A stretch of 63,851 bases of DNA, counting the filler, from Dimargaris cristalligena (taxonomy: Eukaryota): NCBI GenBank assembly GCA_003614675.1. It is 12 parts of 12 records of this genome, joined end to end, with 100 filler letters (N's around TTAATTAATTAA, not from the genome) between each part and the next. Parts side by side here need not be neighbours in the genome. Positions count along the whole stretch, not along the records: positions 37,453 to 42,693 come from ML003666.1; positions 42,794 to 48,020 come from ML003667.1; positions 48,121 to 53,339 come from ML003668.1; 9 more parts are not named here. One strand, given 5' to 3'. Position numbers and translations under genes: made by a program. Of the stretch, positions 38,745 to 50,754 are shown piece after piece (the stretch's first letter is position 1; every line of letters begins with the position of its first letter). The notes beneath the pieces are model-generated. The model did not search any database, was not told where the DNA came from, and worked only from the letters and a program-made list of their open reading frames with translations.

Positions 38745-38870
38745 AACGAAAAATTCGTTGGATGAGGCAAGTATTACTCTCTACTGGTTGAAAATAAATC
38801 CTTTGCCAATTATCCTATATGAATATTATGTAAAATCTTATACAGTTGGACCGAATTCCATCCATATAAT
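38745..38870 (+). repeat. Dispersed ~120-bp repeat D
   Basis: AACGAAAAATTCGTTGGATGA...CCGAATTCCATCCATAT. Confidence 0.7.
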
Positions 38871-40382
38871 AGACATACAGTGAGCGGTAATATTGGCCAT
38901 TTAATTTAAAGTATGGCTGGTTGGTTGGTGTATAGGTTCCTTTATCACCCCTAGGCTAAATGGACTGGGTCCCCAAGACCAGCTGACCGCGCGGAACTAA
39001 TATACGATGGGAGGATTGACCGCTGGCCATCAATAGCTGATTCAATAGAGGCTAATACTACAAGGGGGGAAGGGGTTCAAGTTTACCCATAACTGCCGGA
39101 CCCGCGCTTGATCGAATCCCTGCTTGAATTTCTGTAAATTTCTTGCTCGCTCATTTAATATAGCACTTATTGGCCGGTGCGGACCCGGCGCAAAAGTGTT
39201 TTACTTGAAGGCTAGGAACGTAGCGTTAATGACGGTCAAGGGGAAGGAGCTGAAGGTGTTGTTAAAGCTGGAGTAGTACCCCTAAGAAGGAGTATCGACC
39301 AGATATAACTAACACGCGGATGAAGACTAGGGGGGGGGGTATTGTAGGCTAGTGCCGGAAAAAATGAATACAATACATAGAATAAAAATGACTAGAGTGA
39401 AAGTGTGCCAAAGTTAAGGATGGAAATGCCGGAAAACGGCAGATAGGGCTAAGCAATAATCTCGCCGACAAGGGGGTCATCCCTTTAGTTCACACCAATC
39501 CGGCCCCAGTATCAATTAATCGGGGGCCCCGATAAAAATACGTATATAATGATCCTGGCATTGGTCTTGGACCGGGCCATTGGCGCTGGTGGGTATACTA
39601 GAAACGACCAGCGAAGAGGGCTATACTTCGCCATTTGCCAATGGGAACGAGGCAACTATGCTCAAGCGGGCCTACCCTCCCTTGTTCATGGAAATCCGAC
39701 AGGCCATTCCATTCGGCTCATCCCCCCCCCCCGAGTCGACCGTTGACGAACACTTTTGCATAAATATCCAAGGCAGCGGCTTCCTATCCATAGCAATTAT
39801 CATTCTCACATTGGCTGTTAAGTCCACTAATCCGCTTAATCTCCTTCCCTCATTCTTTTTCTACCCACCTTCTTTTGGGTTCTCTAATTTTTTGCTAGTC
39901 TTTTGGCCGCGATATTCCCTATATTTCGCGGACAATCGCTAGCACCACCTTCGACATATTTGAATCCGACCTGTTTCCGATATTCTACTATAGCCTTGAC
40001 ATTAAAAAACTCCCCCTTTTAGTCACCCCGTCATACTAAAATATTCATCCCAGTCCGCTTAAACTTTCCCGTATACATATTTGAACCCATTCGCACCGCC
40101 ACCACACCCGCAATGTAAGACATTCTCCAACCCCCCCCTTGAGCAAAACCCCTCCTATGTTCATGCCCACCCGGTTCTTTCAACTACCCTGATTATCTAA
40201 GGGTACCCTCATAATTACAAAAATAGTACTCCATGAGCTAACCATTATCAATTATCAATTATCAATTATCCAATTTTACACTATTAAATTTCCAATACCC
40301 ATATTTAACCTAATTCCTCCCACGACCTTCCTATACGTAGCCATCCCCTCCACCCCTGGCATTCTGCTATTAATACAACACC

Positions 40383-41608
40383 ATGTCTACTTTGAATGTT
40401 ATACGGTCCGGCCTTTTCGGTCTCCTGGGGAGCCTGATGCTTCTGACCTCTACGCTTGCTCAGGACGCTTCGAAAGTGAATATTCCTGTCCCTCCCTATC
40501 AGCGCTGCGATTCCTTCAAGTACCAAATGACCAAGGAGGATATCGAGAAGGACTTCGTAGTGGACTTGCCGGAACAAGTTACCTATGAAAACGGCGTCAT
40601 GTACTGGGAGGCAAACGAACAGAAGTACTGGCCCGGTTTGACCTATCGCGAGAATGACATCTGGTATGGCAAGGCTTCGATCACGCTCAAGATGGCTCCG
40701 AAATCCGGCATTGCCACAGCTTTCATTGTAAGTAATGAGTTGGGTACACTTATGTTGTTTTTCTTCACATTTTTGTTTGGAAATTCCTACATACCCGTCC
40801 ATACCGGACATGGACTACAGTTCGACTACTTTCATAAATAGTCGGTAAATCACGCATGATGAACGCTACATTCCTGGCAGCTATCCCTTGAATGGACTTC
40901 CATACTAACTTTCGTTCTCTCTATAAATTTTTAACCCTGTTGGCAATTTAAAAATTATCCGTACACCATCGTACCCAGCGCGGTAAGCAATCGGCTGATG
41001 AGATCGACTATGAATGGGTAGGTAAGGATACCAAAAATGTGCAATCCACCTTTTTCGTCGATGGTCATCATAAAGAGCGTGTTGAAGCCAAATATTCCGC
41101 GGGCAGTTCCGATTTAGCGGCCGAGTTCCACACGTACGATTTAGTCTACAAGAAGGATATGATTGAGTGGTGGATGGACGGCAAACAAATTGACTCGTGG
41201 AGCAAGAACGAGCACCCCACTGCCTTCCCGGCGAACGCGCGCGAGTGGAAGATGAATCTGTGGAACGGGGGTCTCCAGCACGGGGATTGGGCCGGAAAAA
41301 TTGATTGGACCAGCGAGCCGAAATCGGCCAAGGCAGCCATTAGTGCCATTAGTTTCGAAAGCTACTGTGATGCGGATACCGTCAAAGGTCAGCACAAGAC
41401 TTTGGGAGGGGAAGTGGAGACCGGCACTACTCCTGCTCCGGTTCAACCGGCGCTGCCACCTCCCCCAGTAGCTCAGACCACTACTGATCAGCCTGAGGCT
41501 CAACCCGAGGTTACCCAGTTAGAGACCCAACCCGACGCTACCCAGACTCCGGCCATCGATGGTAATTCTTCGCCAAAAAAATGTAGACAACGCGGATCGC
41601 CAAGTTAA
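40383..41608 (+). CDS. Secreted glycoside hydrolase family 16; join(40383..40727,40979..41608)
   Basis: Signal peptide, YGKASITLK...GIATAFI, catalytic DEIDYEW (ExDxE), FHTYDL..W; GTAAGT/CAG phase-0 intron. Confidence 0.92.
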
Positions 41609-42263
41609 TAGTGCACTTTACTAACCTGTATCCACTAGTTACCGGACGGCAATTTCGCTCGTTTGATGCAGGGATTAACGTCCAGATTGTTTTCCTGTAT
41701 ATAGGTATCATGCCACCATTTTAGGTAGATTTTCTCTGGTGGAATTATCAACCTTTAGCTCTTTATCAAATTTTCATATGTTCTGTAGTCTCATTTTTCA
41801 CCTGTATAGTACAATTACGACTTTATGCATTGGGGTAGATTGTTTGGTGGTTTAACTAGTCCTCCCGGCATTGACTGTCGGTTTTTGGTACAATACTCAA
41901 TTTTATTGATCATTCCTGGTTGAATGACATTGTAATACTTTTATCTATTCAACGCCGTATGCCTCAACCAATGTATCTCCATTTCTATTCTTTTTGAAAA
42001 ATTCAATAAACACTGTGTGGTTATTGCCAATATATAAATATGATTAAACATCAAACTAAAGGCAATGGATGGGCGCAATAATAAATTGATATTATACTGA
42101 CAATGACTGAGGGATAGGAATAGAAGAAGCACTATTGAACAATAATTTGCTATGGGAAGGGGAAAGGCCACAGCCCAATAAGGTTGTATTAGCTGGCATG
42201 ACACAACTACCCTAAGTATCTACTGATATAAGTTTAAACCACTGGTGTTTTATGTAAATAGAC

Positions 42264-42640
42264 TGTTACCCAGGTTAACCACTCTTAGTCCATCAAGAGT
42301 CCTGAGGATAGGCTTCTAATGGTAGATGGGACTTAGGCTTAGCCAAGCAGGTTACTAACATTAGGTACAGGCACAGTACTAACTAATAAAGGCTTGAGTA
42401 CAGGTATAGGTAAGGGATGGGTAGTATGCACATTTACTAGTTAGTATAGGGGGGGAGGTAAGTATATATGGGGTTTATTAGGGGAAAACCAGGGGGGGGG
42501 TAAGAATAAGCTAAGGAATCTAACTAGTCCTAATGGGGCCCAGTTATATATACATAGGGACAACTTTAGAGGGAGGTCCCAGGGGAAGGATACTACTAAG
42601 ATTAAGGTATAGGAAAATGGGCTAACCAGATGGCTATTAG
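42264..42640 (-). mobile_element. LTR family A part interrupted by a family-B LTR
   Basis: TGTTACCCAGGTTAACC start; alignment ends at the TGTAAAG junction. Confidence 0.9.
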
Positions 42641-42693
42641 TGTAAAGAACTGAAATCAAATCCTTGAAAACTGAACTTTATTTGAAAAGATAG
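42641..42693 (-). mobile_element. LTR family B end
   Basis: TGTAAAGAACTGAAATCAAATCC... at contig end. Confidence 0.85.
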
Positions 42694-42793
42694 NNNNNNN
42701 NNNNNNNNNNNNNNNNNNNNNNNNNNNNNNNNNNNNNTTAATTAATTAANNNNNNNNNNNNNNNNNNNNNNNNNNNNNNNNNNNNNNNNNNNN
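42694..42793. other. Artificial contig spacer
   Basis: N-TTAATTAATTAA-N, 100 bp. Confidence 0.99.
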
Positions 42794-45700
42794 GGGTGTT
42801 TGTCAAATCGCCATTGGGTGCGCCCTGTAAAACCAGTGGGAACTGGCAGGCAAAGAACCCGACAGTCCGAGAGACATCGCACTGGCCACGGGGGTCCTTG
42901 CGCCCATGGCCTATATACGCCAAATCCATCTGGGATAGTCTGAAGTGACGGTGGTAGGCACATACCAGGGTCGTCAAAATAAGTTCAACTGGGGTGGCCC
43001 CGAGTTGTTGAGCTACTGTGGCCATGAGGTGGTAGGTGGTTTTTTGGTCAATCAGGCTGGTCACACGTTCCCGGGTTTCATTGGTAATTGGTGAATTATC
43101 CGCAGGCAGCCCTATAGGCAGAGGAACAGCGGTTATGGGCAGGTCAACACTATTTGGGTCAATGGACTGGGCCAGGGACCAGAGATGATCAGCCCAATCC
43201 CTGTACGAAAAGGTCAGGGGCTCGAGGGGCTGTCCATTTAAGAAGGCCGAAAGGTCTTCCCGAACAATCTGGACGGACAGGTAGTCAAAGACCAGATGGT
43301 GGACGGAAATATAGACGTATTGGACACCAGTGACGTCAAATACGCGAATCTGGGAGATTGGCCCAATCTCGAAATTAATTTGGTGATTAATGTCGTTGAG
43401 CTGGTCCAGTGCATCGCGGATATTCGACAATTGGTGGTATTCAAAACAGGTCGACGAAGGGTCGTCCAAATCGGCAAACCTGACGACAGTCTCTCCGTCA
43501 ATAGACTGGAAGCGGGCCCGGAGCATATCATGGCGTTGAACCACCTTGGTCCAGGCGGCCTGCCACTGTTGAGCAGTGAATCGAGTGCGGGACTCAAATA
43601 GGGTGGGTAGGGGGAAGAAGTGGGGGTCCGCCAGTTGCAGAGCGAGTAGTTCTAGTTGGGGCGGGGTGAGTCGTACACTCCGAGCTTCCGAATCAATGGG
43701 GCCGTGGACATCCCCATTAAACACTTCGATAGAATCGGGCGGAGTCGAAGTTAATTGGGCGAGGTAGGAAATCGTGTTGGCCCGGTTGATATCTATCAAG
43801 GCCAGTTGCAAGTTCTGGCGACGACAGCGGGATACCAATTGGATGGCCGACAGGGAGTTACCACCGACTTGGAAAAAGGTAGCTGCTGGTGAGATACCAT
43901 TTGGATCAATCCGAAGAGTCTCAGCAATCAAACCGATGAACCGGGCTTCGGCTGGGCTAACCTGCTCGGTCTCGTGGTTACCACTACTAATGGCAAAGTT
44001 ATGCTTGGGCAGGGCCTTGCGGTCAACTTTACCCACCCGAGTCAGTGGCAATTTGGTTAGTTCCACGAGGACAGATGGTATCATGTAATGGGGCAGTCGA
44101 GATCGCAGAGAGTCCAAAATAACATCGGTCTGACCAGAAGGGGGAACAATGTAGCCGACCAGGTGGTTGTCATCTTGGACAACAGTGCAGGCCTGGTCCA
44201 CGGCGGGATGGAGTTCCAGGGCACTTTCGACCTCCCCTAGTTCAATCCGGAACCCCCGCAATTTGACTTGATTATCAATCCGGCCGAGGCATTCGATTTG
44301 GCCATTGGGTAGCCAGCGGGCCAAGTCCCCAGACTGGTAAATGCGCTCACCAGTGAACGGACTCAAAATAAATTTATCTTGGGTAAGTTCAGGACGATTG
44401 AGGTAGCCACGGGCCACACCGCGGCCGCCTAAGTAGAGCTGCCCTACGGCACCAACAGGGACTGGGCGCAAATGGGAATCGAGAATAATGCCAGTGGCAT
44501 TGGGTAGCGGAGCACCGATGGGAATCGTTTCATGGTTGGCCTGGAGCCGAGTCCAGTGTGATCCACACGCCACTTCGGTGGGACCGTACCAGTTGAAGAG
44601 GTCAACGTAGTCGGCCCATTTGTTCACTATCCCCCGGTTAACCGGCTCACCGGTGATAGTAACTTGGCGTAAGTTAGTGAAATTAGTCGGATCGAAGCTG
44701 GAGAGAAGGGAGGGGGTGCAGCAGGCTCGAGTGGCCTGCGCAAGGGCATCTTCGTATTCCCCTTGGGCTACCAAGAGGGTACCACCGAAGGACAAAGTGG
44801 ACCATATCTCGGACAAAGATACGTCAAAAGTGGGCGTAACAAGGGTGGGAGTAATGGTACCAGGGGCCATCTTAGTAATACTGCCCATACCCTGGCAGTG
44901 GTTGGCTAAAGCGTGGTGTTCGTGCATAACGCCCTTGGGGGTACCCGTTGAACCCGATGTGTAGATGATTGCTGCCAAATGGGAGGGGTCAATAGGTGGT
45001 GATATGTACGCGCTGGTGGGGCCATCAGCAAGTAGCGCAGTAATGTTAAACGGTATTGTAGGGATATTCGATTCAAGGCCTCCTAGAACGGAGAGACTGG
45101 AGGGTTTGCCCATAATGGCGATGGCTTGCGTGTCTTCCAAAATCAACCGGTGCCGTTCAAGGGGGTAGTCGGGGGCCAGAATCGCAAACGCACAGCCGGT
45201 CTTCCAAATGGCCAGTTGTCCTATAATGAGTTCTGGGCAGTTGTCAGCGACCAGGGCTACTATCTGGTCGGAGCCACAGGGTGCTTTCAGGGCCAGCGAG
45301 TGGGCCAGCCGATTGGCAGCCGTATCCAGCTGAGCGTAAGTGTAGTGTTGGCCATTGTAGGTGAGGGCTGTAAGGCGAGGTGCATTCTCGCATTGTTGTT
45401 TGAATAGGTCGTGGGCCAGGACTCGGGGGGTATCGTGTGGGTTAGTGGCCCAACTTGACAGCAGTTGTTCGCGTTCAGCTAAAGTGAGAATCTGGATACT
45501 TGTAAGTGGGCTACTGGCATCCACTGACACTAGAGACGATAAAGCGGCAATAAAGTGGTCAGCAAATGAGTTAATAAACTCAGGACTAAAATCTAGAGTC
45601 CGGTAGGATACTCGGAATTGAAGCCGATCCCCTTGGGCATGGGCAATGAATGCCAGCGGGAAGTCCGTGGGGTCCCAATAGCTGTCCAGCTCCATTTGGA

Positions 45701-48020
45701 AAGGATGATTCGGATTGGCTGGTGTTTCAGGGTAGTTTTCCAGCACCAAAAGTGTATTAAATAATTGACGCTCTTGGTTAATGCCGCTCCAGCGATGAAT
45801 GTCGGTCAGCCGACAGTGTTCGAAGCCGTGGGCCTGGGTGCTCGTCGCGTATACCGCCTGTAGAATATCCCGGACTGAGGGGTTGCCGCCCAGTGCCACC
45901 CGGCAGGGTATAGTATTGATACATGCTCCGATGATGGTCTCAACCCCTTCCACAGGGACATTCCGACCCGAGACGACCACACCAAAGATTGGGTCTGTAG
46001 ATCCTATATGATGGTTAAGTACCACCGCCATTGCCACTCGTAGCAAGCTTGAGAGAGTAACCCCGTGGTCGCTAATCAGCCTATTGATCTGTTTGAGAAT
46101 AGGCACGGACTTTTCCACGGTTCCATAAAAAGCAGCGTCGCTAGGTTGCAGATTGGGGAAAGTTGGGTGATGGTGCGCCTGTACTAATAAACTCGGTTCC
46201 TCAACTCCGGAGAACTGATTGGACCAGAATTGCTCGGCCACGCCATTGTCTTGGCACCCAACATGGTCGACGAAATCCCGGTAATGAATCGCTTTGGGTA
46301 ATTCGTCACCGGTATAGTGACTGCAGACGCTATGGAGTAGTAGTCCAATGGACCAGCCGTCAATTAACGCGTGGTGAACCGAAACCAGTAATTTAAATGA
46401 ATCAGAGGTCGTCCGGAATAGGCCAAACCGGATCCAGGGGCGGTGTGGGGTGAATCCAATAGTCCGCTCTTGTTGGAAGAATTGGTCACGCATAGTATCA
46501 ACACAGGCTTTTTCCCAGCTTCGAATAATCCAATGGGCATTGAAATTCTTTGCCACGACCTGTAGGTTCTTATTCGCGTCACATCCACTGGCAGTTAAGA
46601 AGCGGGTTCGAAGGATAGCGTGGTTCTGGGCAGTGTTCTCCCAGGCCTGATGGAAGCGGCTGACATTGAGCTGACCTTTAATAGTGAATCCCAGCTGGAC
46701 CATGTAAGCGGCCGGGTCCTGCAGGGTGGCAAACAACAGACCTTCCTGAACAGGTAGGCAAGGGTATATATCCTCAACATCAGTCATTACTAGGTCCAAT
46801 GAAGGAAGATCATCATGAACTAATGTGGAAAAGTCGGAGTCGGTTAGTTTGGCGGAGGCAAAGTCGCTGGCTGTCACAATAGAGGGCACAGGATTTTTTT
46901 TGCACTCGAGAATGAGCTCCTCAAGAAAAGTGCGCCACAGATCAGCTACTCGCTGGATGGTACTTGCACGGTGCAGTTCGTTGGAGTACATCACGCTGAG
47001 CACGGGGCCCTCGTTGACGCTGTAGTCGCAGGCCACACTGAGTGCTCGATTGAAGAGTTCATCTTTATTCAGGTCGTCAGTCCAGCCCATTTCGACGTGA
47101 TGAGGGCGCCAAAACGCGTCCCGGGCCTCTAGCTGCTCGAACCGACCCGAATAATTGAAGACAATCCGGTTCCAGTCAGCCGCGGGTATTCCCGCCGTAT
47201 TCGGCGCAGTTCTATCGATTACAGGGGCGAATAACGGCGAAGTGTCCTTGAGGTAGCGCTGAAGACTATATGGGAAGCCATGATCGGGAATCGAGCGCAT
47301 ACGCTGTTTCGCCAGGGCCAAAGCGCGCAAGTTATTACTATAGGTCAAGTTGACACGCGTCTGGTTCAGGTCAAAAACAACTGGATAGATGGAGGTAAAC
47401 CAGCCTACAGTGCGACTGATGTCAATGGCCGAGTCCCAGGCCCGACGACCATGGCCTTCCAGTTCTAACTCAATCACAGACATTCCAAGCGCTGCCTGTA
47501 GAGAGAGCAGAAGAGAAGCAATCAGGAATTCTTGAGGAGAGGCCCCTACAGCTGGGGCAACCTCGGAATATAGGGTGTCGGACAATGCTCGGCCTAGTGA
47601 TGCTCGCTGGACTTCAAAGGTATGGTAAGTCACTTGGGGTGGGGTGGATTGGCCACTTCCTTGAAAAAGTGGATAATCCAGCGGAATAGGGTCAGCCGGA
47701 GTGAGTGGCACTGGCCAGATGGAGTCAGATAATGACTGGGCATAGACATGGACCTGCGTAGCCCACTCCCGGAACGGCATAGTCTTGGTGGGCAGGTCTT
47801 GGTTTGTGAGTAGGGCCTCCAGGTCTTCGAGGATAATCCGCCACGAAATGAAATCGACAGTGAAGTGGTGGACAGCCATATAAACGAATTGTTCACCATC
47901 TAAGGTCAACAGACCACAGGCCACGGTGGGGCCGTGTTCAATGGAAATGGTTTGCTGCATTTGACTGGCCCAAGCGGGGTATTCCTTGAGGGTAAGTGTG
48001 GCTTCTTCAATGACCAAGAA
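42794..48020 (-). CDS. Nonribosomal peptide synthetase, internal fragment (E-C-A-T-E) spanning the whole contig
   Basis: E: HHFTVDFISWRIILEDL, EGHGR, RTVGWFT. C: EDIYPCLPVQEGLLF, HHALIDGWS. A: YTSGSTGTPKG, YGPTE, YQSGDL, QVKLRGFRIELGEVE. T: FFQVGGNSLSA. Second E: HHLVFD, GHGR, RTVGFF. Confidence 0.97.
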
Positions 48021-48120
48021 NNNNNNNNNNNNNNNNNNNNNNNNNNNNNNNNNNNNNNNNNNNNTTAATTAATTAANNNNNNNNNNNNNNNNNNNNNNNN
48101 NNNNNNNNNNNNNNNNNNNN
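48021..48120. other. Artificial contig spacer
   Basis: N-TTAATTAATTAA-N, 100 bp. Confidence 0.99.
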
Positions 48121-48312
48121 GCATCCCCAAAGGCGGCCCCGGTTGACAAGAAAGCCATCGCCCCACCCTCTAAAGGTTCTGCAAATGGCAAATCTAATAG
48201 TGGCAACTTTCAAAAACCCACCATTAGTAGCACAAACAAGAAAGGTGCCCCTAATAAGACCGCTTCCGTGACCACAAAACCGAGGTGGGTTAATACGATT
48301 CGTGTACGATAG
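48121..48312 (+). CDS. C-terminal fragment of a basic K/P-rich protein resembling 38161..38439
   Basis: Open from contig start: ASPKAAPVDKKAIAPPSKGSANGKSNSGNFQKPTISSTNKKGAPNKTASVTTKPRWVNTIRVR*. Confidence 0.55.
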   Translation, partial: ASPKAAPVDKKAIAPPSKGSANGKSNSGNFQKPTISSTNKKGAPNKTASVTTKPRWVNTIRVR

Positions 48313-49079
48313 CCAGCTCACTTCCTTTTCCAACTCCAAATCCTGCAAGCCGTGACTAGGTCGGACCTACTGGCCACTGGCCACTCTCGGAGATGCAAAC
48401 CACTCGAAGCCGTACCGGACAATACGTACACATGCTTTCTGTTGTTCTTACCCTGAATGTCAATAAATTTATTCGTCAGTTGGGATTTTAATAGGGTTCC
48501 TGTCATACGGGTTCGCTAATCTTAATTCACTAAGAGTCGAAGTAGATGGGTTTCTACCGGGTCTAGTACTGGGAGAACCCTCGACCAATACTCGTTACTC
48601 AACAGGTACAGGGAGAATAACACTATAAATAGGTCCCGATAATTATTGCTGATGCATACTTGCTATTGAGGGATAGGAGCGCATGAGGGTTCATTAGATA
48701 TCCAGGGTGAATATAAGCCAAGGAACTAATTGATTATAGCCTGGGCCAGAATACCTATATACCTGGTTGGTAGAGTGGGGCCGTCCTGGTGGGACCACTA
48801 TGAAGGCCCGGCTGTGGTTATTGGTATTCGGACGTCACTAATGGGAAGGTAAGGTATCCTTGGACCAGTAACTAAGTGCAAATGGTGTGGTTGAGTGATA
48901 GTGTAGTGCCATCCGGAGGTCGGCACTTATCCCCGGACTATGGACAGCCAGTCATCATCATCAGGGGGCGGAATATACCGCGATATACAATGGCGGTATC
49001 ATTCCCAGCATTTTCCCACTGAAATTACCTCCCATACTGTGGCATATACTAAGAATACCGAAAATATTATTCATTTTTT

Positions 49080-49134
49080 CTTATACTCGCAGTTTGCATT
49101 AAAAAATCTTATACTCGCAGTTTGCATTAAAAAA
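49080..49134 (+). repeat. 28-bp tandem duplication
   Basis: CTTATACTCGCAGTTTGCATTAAAAAA twice, period 28. Confidence 0.9.
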
Positions 49135-49329
49135 GCCTGCCTTTCTTCTTTGCATTAAAAAGTCCGACCTATTTCTCGGTAGATTCTCTTGCATTGTATC
49201 TTATTCCATTCGCCAATTGTTTTCCACGTCCTTTTCTCTGTATCTAGCGGCCCCTAAGGCCCTCAGAATAGTTACATAAGTAGCCAGCGAATTCCCGCTC
49301 ATTTGGAAAAGGGGGAGAATCATCATCAC

Positions 49330-49672
49330 TCATTTTATTTAAACTCATCTTTTCTATTCCTGAAAACTCGACTGCAATTTTCTATTGACTATTTATTATT
49401 AACACCACCGTTTTTATTATCTTTCAATAAACTTTTGCACCCCTCGTTTATACCCCTGTCCTCTATTTGTTTTACTGGCCATTCGCCCCTCCGAAACCCT
49501 ACCATGATGACACCCAACTCTGCCCCTGTCTCATCCAACTCTGCGAACCCCCCGTCTTCTACCACCAGGGAGCTGGCCACTGCGACTTTAGGCCGCGCTG
49601 ATAAGGAGGCCACTGCCTCTTTGCGAATCTCAAAGGCCGTTAGCCACAAGCCGGACCTCCCAGGTAGTACAA
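49330..49672 (+). repeat. Dispersed repeat E, copy 2
   Basis: Aligns with 26949..27252 and retains CpGs lost in copy 1. Confidence 0.8.
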
Positions 49673-50193
49673 TAGCAACCGAGGGATGGGTAAAATGGTC
49701 CTTATAGTAGCCAGTGTTGACACAGGGAGGGGCTATGGCACATTAAGGAGTAATACAGGTTAGTCGCATTGGAAAGACCTCTACCTGATTTGGTTGGATT
49801 AATTGGGGTGATAACAGCTATATGTTATTGTTGGCATAATGAAATGCCATTTAAAAAGCGTGGTATTAATGGCGAATATTACAGCTTGTCCGCGTAAGTG
49901 TGAATTTCATTATATAGAGGGACTGAACTTCTCCCATAGAATAAGTAATTATGTGATCAATAGACAACACAGATAATAGGTCGGGTATTGCTTTCACTTT
50001 ATATTTTTATTGGGTTATGGTTTATTTATTAGATGCCAAAAAGAATATACTCGAATAGGTCAACAAGCCGATGGCAATAGCAGGCCATGGGAAATGGTGA
50101 TACCTGGGCTGGTATTCGTCATCAGCGTAGCTTACTTAGTGGCATCAGTGCCGGAAATGATCGGACCCGGCCTCGCACATATTAACTAGTGTT

Positions 50194-50754
50194 CTAGAAA
50201 TCCCAGGCGTATGCACCGGTCTTCCGGTCAAAATAATAATCGCAACCCTTGGCCGAGCCAATGTATTCAAGCAATTTCATTTCGGCAGGGTCTTTTATGT
50301 CCAGGGAAAAGACACTGGGAACCTTGGCCTGGCTATTAATTGTGAGGGCATTGTAGTGCAGTTTGATATCGTTGTGGGATAAAGGACTCACGAGAGCCCA
50401 ATCCGTCTCCTCGACAAACTTGATTGAGAAGACCAGTGCCAGTTTTTTATCCATGACCGATTGGTATTGGATAAGAGCCAAACCTTGCCAGTCAGGCGAA
50501 TCAGTCGTATACTCAGCAGCTTTAAGATGGCCCAGCAAATCGGTTTGAGACGGTGAAGGAGCTACCGATGGTCTCACCCGGTCCACGAAGCTGTGCACCT
50601 TATTACGGAGACGGTCGCGTCTGCGGGCCTTTGGAACTTGTGTTTGGTCTTCATTTCGCTCGGGCAACGTCGGGGGTGCCTGCGAGTTACTCGCCATTCC
50701 CACAGCGCACACCACAATTAGACACGTAACAGCCACTAAGTGCGGGAGTCTCAT
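50194..50754 (-). CDS. Orphan secreted protein, 186 aa
   Basis: Signal-peptide-like MRLPHLVAVTCLIVVCAVGMA; basic cluster KARRRDRLRNK; globular-looking C-terminal half. Confidence 0.8.
   Translation of the reverse strand: MRLPHLVAVTCLIVVCAVGMASNSQAPPTLPERNEDQTQVPKARRRDRLRNKVHSFVDRVRPSVAPSPSQTDLLGHLKAAEYTTDSPDWQGLALIQYQSVMDKKLALVFSIKFVEETDWALVSPLSHNDIKLHYNALTINSQAKVPSVFSLDIKDPAEMKLLEYIGSAKGCDYYFDRKTGAYAWDF

Noticed and set aside
1528-42640. CRISPR-like array from the recurring GGTTAACCACTCTTAGTCCATCAAGAG
   Set aside because: Copies are dispersed ends of ~550-580 bp LTRs with no repeat-spacer periodicity.
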